A stretch of 64,000 nucleotides of DNA from assembly GCA_964187785.1 (NCBI GenBank), contig OZ076409.1:53260001-53324000 (forward strand), given 5' to 3'. Origin of the DNA: Amphiscolops sp. MND2022 (Eukaryota). The position numbers and the translations under genes were made by a program. The notes under the pieces are model-generated. The model saw only the letters and a program-made list of their open reading frames with translations, was not told the DNA's origin and searched no databases. Of this stretch, positions 11,073 to 23,659 are shown one piece after another (the stretch's first letter is position 1; each line of letters starts with the position of its first letter).

Positions 11073-14000
11073 GAATTTACTAACTAAATGGAGTAACAAG
11101 TTCGAATACAGCCAAATGGCAACTCCTCTTATAAGCACCAGATTATAAAAAATTCGCAGAATTTGGAAAAAAAAACGCAACACAGATCATTTGATTTTCC
11201 TCCCCCATTTCTGTGGGCGGAAAATTACAAAGCGTTTTGCGAGAATCGAGGGCCGCCCTATATATTTTTTCGGAACTGGCCGAAGAACTTTGAAGAAATC
11301 GAAACATTTTTTACTTATAATTTCTAGTTTTTTGACGTTTTTCGTTGAGAAAAACCGTTTTCCGAATTCTTAAGGAGAGAAACTGAATTTTTTCGATATA
11401 TGGGGAAAATATTCAAGTTTTTCAGCATGGTTTCAAAAAAGTTTTCATTAGTTCAAAGGGTACCCCCGTCACTTGATTTGATTGGGCTCTTGATTGAGCA
11501 TTTGCGTAATTTTTAAAAAGTACCGTTCACTTCTCATTTCGAGAAAACGCCAAGAGACAATTAGTAAGTCTTCGATCGCTATGGTTAATAATACTAAAAA
11601 ATTCAAAAAGGTTCGAATATTGACTGACACAGTTGAAATTGGAGAAAAGTTGGTTTTTATGGGCTGTTATGGGCCTCTTCTGATGAGAAAGCTTAAACTT
11701 TACCAAAATCCGAAATCTTATTTTGTTTCTAATATTTGGTGCCATTGTTGTAGTTTTTTAAAATTTTCATTCTCTTTTGAAAATGCAGTTGATAGTTAGT
11801 TGAACTGTTCGTCTTCGTAATTGCACACGCATGAAAATTTTCAAAACCTACAACAATGGCACCAAATTTTTGAAAAAAAAAAGATTTCGGATTTTTGTGG
11901 TCATTCTGAGGCTTTCTTGGAATAAATTTTTTCCTAAGATTCCTTTCATAGATACTCATTCCATTTCTGAACTCTGTGTAGTAAATGTCACGATTTTTAT
12001 CAAAAACTGCATCCTCAAAATGTGAACAAACCTGCACTTTTTAAAAAGGCTTTTTAAAAAATCCTGTTTTTGCTTCTGAAAGGTCAACAGTTTTTAAAAT
12101 CTGGATAAATTTTAAAAGTGAACAAATTGTTTATAAGGTTGACAGTTTAACAATTTTCGAATTTTTGATTGCATTTTTCGAACAAACGACATCTGTTCCT
12201 TTGCTAAAAGGTATGTTGGACAGCGTTTTAGAATCGACGTGGAAATCGACGTGGAGATATTTTAACTATTGGAAGCATTCATAAAACGTATAAAAAGTGC
12301 CACTTGATTGTCAAAAATTTTCGTTTTGTTCGCTGTTACCTCAAGGCGCTCATTCATAAACTTCAGATTGCTCGTGGTAATAGTGTACCAAATAATTGTG
12401 TGCTCCATTTCAATGAAATGAAACTGTGGGTGTTTGAATCTAAACATTAATTATTGCTGTGCATAAAGCAGCCAAAAATTGGACTTTGGTATAATTTTGA
12501 AAAAAAAACATCGCATTGGTGTTGGTAACAGCGTACGGAATAGCTAGCTGGTTCCTTGTTGAGCTCTGAGAATGTTGGGTCAAAAGTTAATTCAAAAAAG
12601 TCGAAAGTTTTTTCAAACATCTTCACATATACATATTGCACGAATTAAAGTTTGTCAATTAAATTGTATGGGAAACACTTTGAAGGAGGCCATTCAGCGA
12701 AAGGGCCTATTTGGTTTCATTGTTTTTAAATGGCTGAAAACGAAAAAACTCAGAAGGGGGACACCATAGTATGCTTTTTGGCTTGCAGTTTCACCCACCT
12801 TCATTCTCGTTTAAAACATTGATTCCTGCGCAGAATTCGAGCCCCTCCTTTAAGTACTCCTTCTCCTCAGACAGTTAAGAGCGCTAATGACGAGGCTAAA
12901 TGAGAAGTAACCGTCAGCCATTTCAGGCAGAAAATGGCGGAGACCCTCATAAAACAGGATTTTTCGTTTTACTTCAAAACGAGGAAAAACAGGAAGATTC
13001 GTACATTTCACGTATATTTTCATTTCTGGAGGATTTTTCTAGCCGGGGCTTCATGAAGCGAAACGCAACTATAATAGTGACATTTTTCAGAACATTCGAA
13101 CTGATCAAAATAGTTCTTTGAATTCTACAAAATTTGAAGACGCCATTCGGCTCAGGGAACTGAACTATAATAGTTGTTCCTTGTTTTTGGCGTAACATAC
13201 AAAACCGGACGAGACTGAAGGGTCCCCTTTCAATTTTTTTGATAATTCGCAACAGAATGGATAGTTAAAAATCCCTAAGGGTCCTTCCTTTTAGCGAACC
13301 AGTTCAGCCCCTATCTGATTCGTTCAAATCCCCGCCGCTTCAAGACTCAACATAAGGGTAATGACAAGTGTGCTAAAGATCAATTGGTGTGATAGAGGTA
13401 ATTCCTACATTGGTTTTTCGGGTTCTGTGTAAGAGAAGAACTTTGAAAAGATCGAAGCATTTGTCCTTACAAATTTTAGTTTTTTGACGTTTTTTGTTGA
13501 GAAAAACCGTTTTCCGAGTCTTAAGGAGAGAAACTGGTGAATTTTTTTCAATATTTAGGGAAAATACTCAAGGTTTTCATTAGGTCAAAGGGTACCCAGG
13601 GAACTGAAAGAATCATCTCAGGAAAAAGCGTTGTTCGGCTCTGAGACTTCGGGAAAAACTTCGAGTTTTAGACATTGGCTTTTCGATGTTTCGAGTTTAG
13701 AGCCGTCATAGAAAAGGCTAGTGTCAAACCGAAAATAATTATTTTCTGTTAAATCAAAGTTTGACAATTTATCACTGATTTTGTCAGCCTTTTTGTTCCT
13801 CACCTCACAAACAGTTTGTACATTCCAAAAAGGTCTGTTTGAGCACTAGAACACCTCGGCCTGCAGATTGGTTGGCAACAATTTTTTTCCGATAATCGGT
13901 CAACTTGTAATTCTCATTGCCGGTACCTACTGAGATTTCTACGCATACACCTACGCTACACCAAAAACAATTTTGCTGCAATGATTGCTTTCAAAAATAA

Positions 14001-14800
14001 ACTTGTATTACTTTTGCTCAAAAATAAATTGCTTTTCATTTAGTGCCAATTATTTTCCCATTTATTTCAACAGCCTTGGTTATAGACTCTAACTCAATAA
14101 GTTTGATCAAAATTTTCTAAAATTGTCCCTTTGCATGCTTAAAACATTTTGCTCCTTAAAACATTTTGCTCCGTCTGAAGTTTGAGTGCAGCGCCGACTT
14201 GGACCGTTCCCGGCTCGTTACTCATCATACACGAATAACTTCTGATTGCTTTTGTAGGGGGGTTGCAGTCAGTAGCGCCATTAGTTTTTTGACGAATATT
14301 CATCTGCAATGGGACAATTTCAATTACTGCCTTTTTTCTCATTTAAAACGTTTTCGATTAGGCTCTCATAAGTTCAGGGTGGCGGCATTTGTCAATTTTT
14401 TCAGATAAAACATCTCAGTAACTTCATATAATTGAACCTCAAAGTGGATTCGTTCCCGCAATGTTTCTGAAAACTCCAACCAAGTTAGGTCCAAAAGGGT
14501 TCGTTATTTTTCAAGAAGCAAACGCAAAAATTATTTCAAGTGTTTTATATAATTTTCTTGGAGAACATCTTTGGCTCATAGATTCAAAGAAAACTTTCGT
14601 ACTCTACAAAAAATGAAGAACCATCAAGTTTCACTCTTAAGTGTAAATTCCTTAGTTTTAAAAAAGGACACTTGGTACACTATAATTAAGATTACTGATA
14701 CGTGCTATTGACCTTTCTCGCTTTGAATGTGTAGATAACTCTGAACTGTTATTTGTAAATAGTCAATACGCACTATCCGTCAAATTAACCAATCTCACTA

Positions 14801-15284
14801 CAGTAGCGTTCTAAAATATCGCAACCTCATAGCATAAAATGGCAAAATTCAAAACCAAATATCTCAAACTGTCACGAATACAAAATTTTGCCAGCTAGGA
14901 AAGTTTCTTAGAATTTTATCTAGTTTACAAAAATGTTTGTTTGAAATTTCTACGACCGTTACCAAAAAAGTTAATCAAATTATATCAGCATCCTCAGGAG
15001 ATTTGGGGGCAAATGATTGACTGAAAATTTTTCAAAAATATATTTTCAACTTTGTGAAAATCCACAAAAAGTACAAATTTGATTAAATTTTGTCAAAATT
15101 TCCAATTTCTAACTTTTGTAATTTTTGTCGCAGAAATTTCAAACAAACAATTTTGTAAACTAGATAAAATTCTAAGAAACTTTCCTAGCTGACACTTTTT
15201 CGTATTTGTGACAGTTTTCAAGAAATTTGGATTTGAAATTTGCAATTTTAAGCATTGGAGTTGCGATATTTTAGAACGCTACTG
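14801..15284. mobile_element. Tc1/mariner-type MITE (484 bp)
   Basis: TIR CAGTAGCGTTCTAAAATATCGCAAC at both ends, extending imperfectly ~160 bp. Flanked by TA on both sides (14799-14800, 15285-15286). Confidence 0.9.
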
Positions 15285-15862
15285 TAGCTGCTGTGATGGC
15301 TACGTGAACAATACCCATGAAATAGATCGACGGCTGTACGACCGAAAAAGTTGTCCGTTCCAGTTTCAATTACATTTGGATTTGGCCTTATGCAGAATAA
15401 CTAAAAGGTATATCAATCACAAAAGATATTGAAGGATGACAAAATCTCAAACATCGGACATAAAAAAACTCATTCATTCCACATTTCAATAACATCGGCA
15501 ACTACAAAAATAGTTTCAAGAGCCTGTAAATATATCAGAAAATTTCACTCAAGTCATCTGAACGTTTTGAAAACGCTCACAAATATCAACTGACAATGAG
15601 AACAAAGATGAGGCAAATCTAACGTCTGAAATAATTTGAAGGGTTTCCAACGATTTGCTTCGTTACTGACGCATCGATTGACTATGAATATCTTTAATCC
15701 AAACTAAAAAACAAGACTTATATTCTACACGAATATTTCAAATTTACTTCACTTGCTTACGGGAAATTGCAGTGACAATGTCTCAAAGTTCTCAATCTAA
15801 TTTCCCCGAACATACGTGAAAACTCCACCTTCATATACGATGTAAAAGAAGCATAGTGGTAA

Positions 15863-16540
15863 TCAACGGAAACTATGTCCCAATTGTCTCCACTTGTCTT
15901 TCAAGCTGACGTTAGTTCTACTTTCATGGAAAACATTGGCACCTTTATCCAAGATAGTTCTCCAAACATCGTATCTTTGTTTATATTTCGGGTAATTTTT
16001 CAAAAGAAATTGGACTTCTTCTACAGTCCATGGTATTCGACCCTTAGAAACAAAACCACGCTGCTTGAGTCGAGCGACAGGAGGCACGGGTGAGAAATCA
16101 TCATCATCATCATGTTCGAATTGCACGGGGGTACTTGAAGCTCCTGGAGCGTCATTTTGATTGTCGTGGACTCTATTCTCACGTTCATTGTTTTGACAAT
16201 GTGAAGTACCCTGAATCGCTTTGATTGCTTCGTGAGCCCCATTGTTTTGGTCTGAGACTATACCTGAAGGACCAGGTTCTTCATAAATGACTTTTCTAGC
16301 TAAGGGTTTCTTCTTCCTGAAAATAAGAGGCATTTTTCTTCTCTGCGGTCGCCTGTTTTCATCTTTGGCTTCAGCACGAGCAACATGGGAGTTCTGATGT
16401 TGATTGCTGCCTTGACCAGTTCCTTGATCCACAACCACAGTAGTGTTCAAATTCTTCAGCAATGATGATAGATTCTGTGATAGTACAACATTCTGTTGAT
16501 CACAGTTTGGTCCTAAATGTTGGATCGAAATAAAAACTCT
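15863..16540 (-). CDS. Terminal coding exon of a telobox/TRF-type single Myb-domain protein
   Basis: C-terminal RIPWTVEEVQFL...WRTILDKGANVFHESRTNVSLKDKWRQL carries the LKDKWR telobox motif after a low-complexity, basic linker. The 5' exon boundary is inferred. Confidence 0.8.
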   Translation of the reverse strand, partial: RVFISIQHLGPNCDQQNVVLSQNLSSLLKNLNTTVVVDQGTGQGSNQHQNSHVARAEAKDENRRPQRRKMPLIFRKKKPLARKVIYEEPGPSGIVSDQNNGAHEAIKAIQGTSHCQNNERENRVHDNQNDAPGASSTPVQFEHDDDDDFSPVPPVARLKQRGFVSKGRIPWTVEEVQFLLKNYPKYKQRYDVWRTILDKGANVFHESRTNVSLKDKWRQLGHSFR

Positions 16541-17459
16541 GCAGTAAAATAATAAATCTACATTGTATACCCTAGTTGAAAATGCTGGTCTTTCAGATCT
16601 CCTGAAATTGACCTGGGCGTTTTTTAAAAGTTTCAAGAAATTTGATTAAAAAATTTAAATCATCAATATCTCCACAACTACGCGTACCAGAGGAACGAAC
16701 TATAAAGCGTTTGAAAGGTCTGGTACTCGACTGTCATTTTGGTAAAGTGAGCCTCTGTCGCCGCGTGCCCTTCAGAATTTTAGTCTCTTTCTGGTACCGC
16801 CGCTTCGCGGCAGTTCCGCACTTCGTGCGGCCCGCTGCGTGGAGGCTTGTACTAACAGGATTTGGAGTTTTGGATACATTTTCCCTTTTTTTAATGCTTG
16901 TGCCATTCAAATCAACATAGGTACCAATTATTTTTGAAAAAAAACTGCTAGAGAAAATGGGCTGCTGGCAAAAGGAATCAGAATTTGGAAAAACGGCAGG
17001 ATGCTTTAAAGCTTCACTAGATTCATTAGGGAAAATGAGCCTATCAAATTCCAGTAAAGTTTTCTCGCTTTTGCCAACTTTAGCCGATGGTTCTGTTGAA
17101 TTGACCCCAAGCTTTATCGAAGCTCCTAATATGTCTCGATTGCGAAATAGATCTGATATCAAGGTCAAAACATACTGAGCTCTACAAAAAGGCTTCTCGA
17201 AATTACATGTATCAATGCACAGTTTTGAAATTCAACAATCAAAAATAGGTCCCTGTGGGGCACAAAATTATTTCTGCTTTTAGGCTTTCATGTTCAATAA
17301 TAGGATGAATCAATAGAATCTGGATTAACTATACACTCCTGTTAAATTATATAGCACAAAATTAACCACTGTACCAGTTTACATAGCCTTTAATTTTTCT
17401 CGGACTGACAAAATTTAACTACTAAGCGTAAACGAAGTTTCGCATTAGCATTTGAATGC

Positions 17460-17605
17460 AGGCGAAGCTCTCGGCGAACGAATAATTAACACTCATTCGC
17501 TTCATATCATGAACTCGGCGTGCGAATAATTAACAATCGTTCGCTTCATGTTATGAACTCGGCGTACAAACACTCGCTACCTTCATCTCAACGAACTCGG
17601 CGTAC
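17460..17605. repeat. Short tandem array of 'aactcggcg' units (~35-45 bp)
   Basis: Four ctcggcg-anchored units; reverse-complement copies at 42760-42900 and 47380-47520. Confidence 0.75.
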
Positions 17606-17681
17606 CTACCCGTAATTAACACTAGCTCGTTTCATCGCACGAGAAATGAATTGTCGTCGGAGCTGCCGAACCAACCAAAGC

Positions 17682-18370
17682 TGCGACATTTTTTCGATAG
17701 GACATATTCCTGAATAAAGGCTGAATGGTACCCAAAAAGTCACGGAAAAACTTACGTTCGACAATAGTGATAGGCAAGGCTCCTTTCGCGCAAAGATCTT
17801 TTGCGATTGATTTCTCAACTGCAGATTGTTTTGAGTAAACAGGCTTATCAGTGGTAAGAGCATTTTCTATTACTTTGATCGTGCCTTGTTTTGTAGACCC
17901 AATTACATTTTTTGTTTGTTTCAGATGTAAATCAAGTTCTTTGGGATGTAGCTGTTGGTAGTGCTTTAAAAAATTGCCCTTCGTATTTTTGCTATACTGA
18001 CAGCTTTTTTTGCAAATTCGACAAATTGCCGGTTTACCTTCCGTAAATTGTTCAGGTATTATAAATAAAGAATCAATTTGCACGAGCCATTTATCTGAAA
18101 AAGCGATTAAGTTAATATACATAGACGTATAAGGTGTGAAAGGCTATGGCGTTAATATTAATGACGCGTGAATGCCGTTTAAATGAATTGCATCCTGCAC
18201 TATTTTGAGCCAATGAAAATTCAGTTACGTAATTCATACAATTCAGTTCATACGCTCAACTGCCACATTCGCGTGCTCAATGTAATTTCGTGTATATTTC
18301 AAAAAATCGTGTATCGTGTAGGTTCGTGTATTAAAGAAGCAAAAAATCGTGTATCGTGTACAATTCACTG
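17682..18370 (-). mobile_element. Truncated hAT transposon (BED-finger end)
   Basis: Encodes CRIC...KGNFLKHYQQLHP (BED zinc finger). TIR acaattcactg ends at 18370 next to gatatagt, the same flank as the 40425 copy. The 3' half is deleted. Confidence 0.85.
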
Positions 18371-19239
18371 GATATAGTAGACAAGAATACCCGGTCCCGA
18401 GCGTCCCATATTAGCGGCTTCCACTGTAAAACAAGAAACATGTCTAAATCGCAACCTTGGCATTTAGAATGAAAAATCCCGACTGATTACAGTTACTACT
18501 TTTTTGTTTTTCTCCACGACAGTTACGAATGCGACGCAATTCTAAATTTTGTTCAGTTTATTCAGCTAAACGAATACCTCGGAAATGCATCTAAGTTAGT
18601 GTAAAGGGTCAGCTTATTCATTTTTCCTTTTTAGTGTAACATACAAAACCGGACGAGACTAAGGGGTCCCCTTTCGGCACTGAGAATTTTTTCTAGAATT
18701 TTTGGATGTTTTCTAGAATTTTTGGATGTCTCCAAAGGGCCCCCTTCATTTTTTTAATATTTTGCAACAAATTGGATGTTAAGATATATATTCGCTTTCC
18801 GAGTACGAAAGGATCTCATGAAAAAGTCCTGAGTATATTTTATTAATTCTGCACTTTTTGAGCCTTAGGTGGGGCGCCGTCTTGTTGGGTAATATCACTA
18901 CTTTGAAGCTAAGTGCAAATAAATTGTAATCTTTTAGCAAGCAAAAGTGGGATGGCCGCATTACAATGATATTCCATCTTACGCACGAAATTATTGTCAG
19001 TTCATGGTCTTAGCCACTACTTAAGTCTGCACTTTCAACAAAAGCTCTGCCTGAAAACTCAAGAGAGCCAGTACGAAGTCTCATTATGAAGTAGTTCCTA
19101 ATAAATAAAATGCCAAAGAACTCAAGGGATTTTCTATTGCAACAACTCACTTTTGTTTCCTTTACTTCTACCGATGGAGGAAACTACGTTGGGGAAAACC
19201 TCAGAAATTCGGTGACATAGGGGTTTACTTTAATATAGA

Positions 19240-20150
19240 AAGACTTTAATAGAAGAAACAAACCTTCAGAGCCATGATGACAATTTGAGGCAATTGATTC
19301 CGCAGCTATAGCACAAGGCTGTTTCAAAACCAACAAAATCTCAAAACAGCAATCTTTGACAATCCGAGCAGCAGATTTCTGAACTTCTGGCTCAGTGGAC
19401 GCAGCGTAAACAGTGAAAGCTTTCAACAATTGAGCAACTCGTTTATTGAGATCTTCTTCACAGACTGAATCCAAAACTTTACCACCGCTCATACTGATGG
19501 TGAATAGAATTTTGGTATCTATTTCTTTTCGTGGCGTAGATTGGTGTAAAATCATCAAAACATGGCAAGTGAAAAAAATCAGTTCACGATGAGGATGATC
19601 TTCATGTTTCCTTTCTAGCCACAACAACTGATTGAGCAACATTCGAAGATCATTCTTATCCATTAGCAGTGTCTAAAACAATCATCAATGCAATGTGGGG
19701 AGGGTGGAATTCGGACCCAATGTGTTGAAACTAGTGAGCAATTGCGACATGAAAGGACTGATGAAACTTCCGGGAGGCGCTGAAAGAATTTAATATCTGA
19801 TCCCATTCTAAAGTTAGGTCATTCTTGAGTAGCATTGACTCCTAATTAGCAAACACTAAAAAAATTCAGTTTTCAGAAGTACCTATGATTGAAGGAAGTA
19901 CTTTCTTTGGATTCATTTCTTTTTGAAGATCTGAACATTTTTAAGCATGCCTCAAGGATGTAATGGCCTAGGATCTTAGTAGTAGTAAGACAATGGTAGT
20001 GACATGTTCGAGCCGAGGCCGCAATAACCCGCTCAGAGGGCACTTGTGAACGAGGTTCAGTTCTTCTCTGAAACTATTCAACAAGTCTGGAGTAAGTTAT
20101 GGATTGTATTGACGTTTCACTTTTCACTGGAATCTGGAAATCTCTGGACA
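19240..20150 (-). pseudogene. Degraded multi-exon gene for an alpha-helical (possibly HEAT/ARM-like) protein, copy 1
   Basis: One open ~135-codon exon (19663->19265) bounded by 'ttttag' and 'g|gtttgt'. Neighbouring exon-like pieces contain stops or frameshifts. Confidence 0.45.
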
Positions 20151-20299
20151 ACCGTGACTCTGTTATCGAACTCTTTTGCGGGTTTGTCTAACCAATTGGT
20201 CTCTTAAGATAGCTGATAAGATTGCATCAAGCTTTCGACCCATATCAACAACAGGCCACATTGGGAAGTTGTTCGAAAGAATGATCGAGCGTCAACTGC

Positions 20300-20820
20300 G
20301 GGATTCTGGACGTTTCGGCGACAATATAGCGGCGGACGTTTCGGCGACAACACTGTCGCCGAACCGTCTTCTAAAAGCTAAAAACAAAAACGAAATACGG
20401 GGAACAGGATTAACGTCTGAGGAATGACGTCTAAAAAGAGGAATAACGTCTAAAAGCAATTACAATATTTTCAAAACTTTCCCCCCACCTAAGATGGGGT
20501 CATATACGGCGTATAGATGCTCGCCCTCACCGTCGCAAAGACCAGCTCCCACTACAATAGCTGGGGGATCTCCGTTCCCGCTAGGTCTTTGCTCCTGTTC
20601 GACCCCGCTCAGGAAGATAGGAACAGAAGCGGCCCCAAGAGGCCGCGAGACGCTAGAGGAAATGGGGACATACCCAAGGCACGTTTCAATGTAGCAAAGG
20701 TAACTATGAAGAGATATCTTTCTAGCTTTTTCGCGGACGTTTCGGGGACAAAGATGTTTCGGCGAGAGTGTTGTCGCCGAAACGTCCGCCGCCATATTGT
20801 CGGCGAACCGTCTTGTTCCC
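20300..20820. mobile_element. TIR element (MITE) with 'gacgtttcggcgaca' repeats and the shared GC-rich core
   Basis: ~65-bp imperfect TIRs with GGG...CCC ends. Degenerate ~8-bp TSD tcaactgc/acgactgc. Inverted copy at 37859-38379. Confidence 0.8.
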
Positions 20821-20936
20821 ACGACTGCGTACCTTCCTTGAAGAAAGTATCATCGAGGAAGAACAAAAAGGGTTTCGAAGATGGAACACCATTAGATCCC
20901 TCTATAGACTTGATTTCGAATGTGAATGGGTAAAAA

Positions 20937-21383
20937 CGGAGTTCGAAGCTTCGACATTTTGACTAATTGAACTTCGAAAAGTCGGAGTATCAGTATTCGA
21001 TTCGAATTCGATAAACTCTCGAAGTTTCAATTCGATAGCAAAAATCCTGAATTCGAAAATTATCAATAATGCATAAACGCTGATTGGTGGGGATGTTGTC
21101 CTCAAATTCCGCGTAAAAATGATCGTATGCTTTACTTCGACGGTCCGTTACGATCCGCCATTTACTATTTCCGGTCATGTGCAACCTAAAAATTTTGCTT
21201 GCATCATTCACTTTAATTTGTGAATTTTATTCGAACAGTATTTGATATTCGAAACATATCTCATTATCCGCAAGATTTATTCGATATTCGATTCGATATT
21301 CAACAACTTTTCGAAGCTTCGATTCGATATTCGAAAGCAAGGCGAAGCTTCGACTATTCGACCGAATATTCGAATTCTCTATG
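20937..21383. mobile_element. MITE-like insertion with TTCGAA/ATTCGA arrays at both ends
   Basis: Interrupts the RT frame; dense ttcgaa motifs. Exact TIR and TSD not resolved. Copy at ~37278-37740. Confidence 0.65.
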
Positions 21384-21425
21384 CAAAAACGCATGAAGAA
21401 TCTGCAGCACTTCTAAACGTAGACA

Positions 21426-22068
21426 TTGTGTAATCTATGTACACATTGCGGAGGGATGTTTTTCACCCTTTGACCCCATGGAAAATGACCCTAGGATCCC
21501 ATAGACAGCCAAAAAAGACCCTATGACCCCGTGGAAGAGGACTCCATGGAAAAAGTAAAGGAAATACATGGAAAATAGGTAACAAATCACGAGGAAATCA
21601 AGGTCAAGTTAAAACAAAATAATGTGGGGTCATATTCGGTGCATACACGCTCACCCTCACCTAGCAAGATGGGAACATAAGCGGCTTCAAGGGGCCGCAG
21701 GGCACTACACGAAAGGGAGACATATCTGAGGCACATTTTGTACTGATAATTCAAACATCAACACAGAAATGAACATGCACGGGTAGAATATCAAATCAGT
21801 ATGGGGTCATAGGGTCAACATATTGTGGTCAGAGAGTCATTTGACATGGGGTTAAAAGCCATGGGGTCATGGTGTCAAAGGGTTCTATGATATGCCTCAT
21901 GGGGTCATAGGGTCAAAGTCTTGTGGTCAGAGAGTCATTTGACATGGGGTTAAAAGCCATGGGGTCATGGGGTCAAAGGGTTATATGATATGCCTCATAG
22001 GGTCAAAATCTTATGGTCACAGAGTCATTTGACATGGGGTTATGGGGTCAAAGGGTTATTAGATATGC
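21426..22068. mobile_element. MITE-like insertion with GACCCCATG/CATGGGGTC arrays and a deleted version of the GC core
   Basis: Inserted between RT codons ..NVD and LEKAF; motif orientation flips between the two ends. Copy at ~36562-37233. Confidence 0.7.
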
Positions 22069-22816
22069 CTCGAGAAAGCTTTCGACAGTGTGTGGCTAGA
22101 CAGCTTGATCTACAAATTGAAGAATCTGGGAATAAATGGGAATTTTTTTTTAAAAAGTGGACGCCTTTCTTCGTTCCAGAAAAGGACAGATTAACCAAGA
22201 TCCTTACACCTCACGTCTGTTCAGTAACCATTTTGAACTACCACAAGGAAGCGTTGTCTCACCTGTGCTATTCATTATTTTCATCTCTGATTTCCTAACA
22301 AAATCAAACGCTTTATAATTGCCGACCATTCTTCAGTACTTATATCCGGACAGAAAAGTACTCAATCTTTAAAGAACACCTGCTTAGATATCGAAATGTG
22401 GTGTAGACGCTGGAGAAAGGCTGTAAACAGATGGAAAACCGAAATTTGTCTTTAAATCAATTCTAATCACAACTACACACAACACACTGAAAAATCTTTC
22501 ACAAAGCTACGCGAAACTGACATATCCTCCGAAGGCATTGCAGCACCAAGTGGGGCATTACCCTCCCGATCATAGTCTATTTTTACCGATCTGTCATACA
22601 ACCGAAGTTTTATATGGAGCACAAATATGGGCACAAAAGAATATCAAATCACTACAACTCTTCCAGAACACTATCCTGAGATCGATCATCTAAAACTGTT
22701 TATGGCCACTGATTAGTACAGCTGAAGCTCTCACAGGGATCCAACCAATTGACATTTTCAGCCAAAGTCCAGCAGTCAAATTTTTCTTCAAAACAAGCAA
22801 ACAAACGACTTAATAC

Positions 22817-23035
22817 AGGCAGCCCACAGCCAAGCTTTAACCCAAAATCGCAGCAAAAGTTGCGTCCTCGGAAGTTTCTGGACTTCTGGAAAAGGCATTG
22901 TAAAGTGAGCAACGCCGCGTTGGTCACTTTAGAATGCATTTTCCAGAAGTCTAGAAACTTTCGAGGACGCATCTTTTGCTGCAAGTTTGTTTTGACGGTT
23001 GACGGTTTTATCGTTAAAGCTAAGCCACGGGCAGG
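22817..23035. repeat. Foldback/palindromic element
   Basis: 22850-22982 is a near-perfect palindrome centred at ~22916, with outer arms cccacagccaagctttaac / gttaaagctaagccacggg. Copy at ~35590-35810. Confidence 0.85.
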
Positions 23036-23659
23036 AGAAGCAACTGCGAACAATGAATTTTCTAGTTTTGTCAGGGATATAATTGAGAGTTTGGTCCAGT
23101 GAACTAGCGCCATTAAGAATACATTTATATAATTTCTGTAGAACCCTCTTTGCGGGAGGATGTAAATTTCGGTTTAGTTTTCAGTTTTAGTGAGCAACAG
23201 TTTGTTGAAGTAAAATTGTCACGGGTATGGTTCTCTTGCTGGATTTGATGAATTCTTTCGATATTTTGCAGTCGATATCGTCGAAGATGCGGTTTGCATT
23301 GTAGGGATTTCCCCTAATAAGTGTGCAGGGTTAACCAGCAGAGTTTCCATCGGTTCAGCCATAAAGTACTTAGATATGCGGATATCGATTCAGGGGTGTA
23401 ACCAATTTCGGTTGCCCATTGGTGGTCAATGTAGTTTAATTTGTGTCGCTGCAATGATTTCTTGATGACTTTGCTCAATTCCGAGATTCTTTTCCCATCC
23501 TTTCGATCTCAGTGCCCAGTGAGTCTTCAGCTGCTGATCCTTTGCTGCCGAAATTTGTTAACCATTCCGGTTATCTTAGCACCCGATAGATGTTTTTCGA
23601 GGTCGACTTTGTATTTCTCGATGACGTCAGGGCCTTTTGAGTTGTTGGACATCATGTCT

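Larger units (their letters stand above)
8990..14000. repeat. Mosaic of locally duplicated repeat blocks
   Basis: Direct matches: ~9080-9740 with 10535-11122; ~9000-9345 with 13095-13440; ~9755-10200 with 13570-14000; ~10385-10520 with 11480-11610; ~11285-11465 with 13435-13600. Confidence 0.85.
20200..22740 (+). mobile_element. Decayed LINE reverse-transcriptase fragment split by three MITE-like insertions
   Basis: Consecutive RT motifs FRPIS..GKLFERMI / EEQKGFR..NTIRSLYRL / AALLNVD / LEKAFDSVWLD / PQGSVVSP are collinear with the RT at 29035-30162. Confidence 0.85.

Noticed and set aside
17460..17605. CRISPR-like regularly spaced repeats (also 6775-6915 and 21790-22050)
   Set aside because: The intervening sequences are similar to one another rather than unique spacers, there are no cas genes, and the context is eukaryotic.
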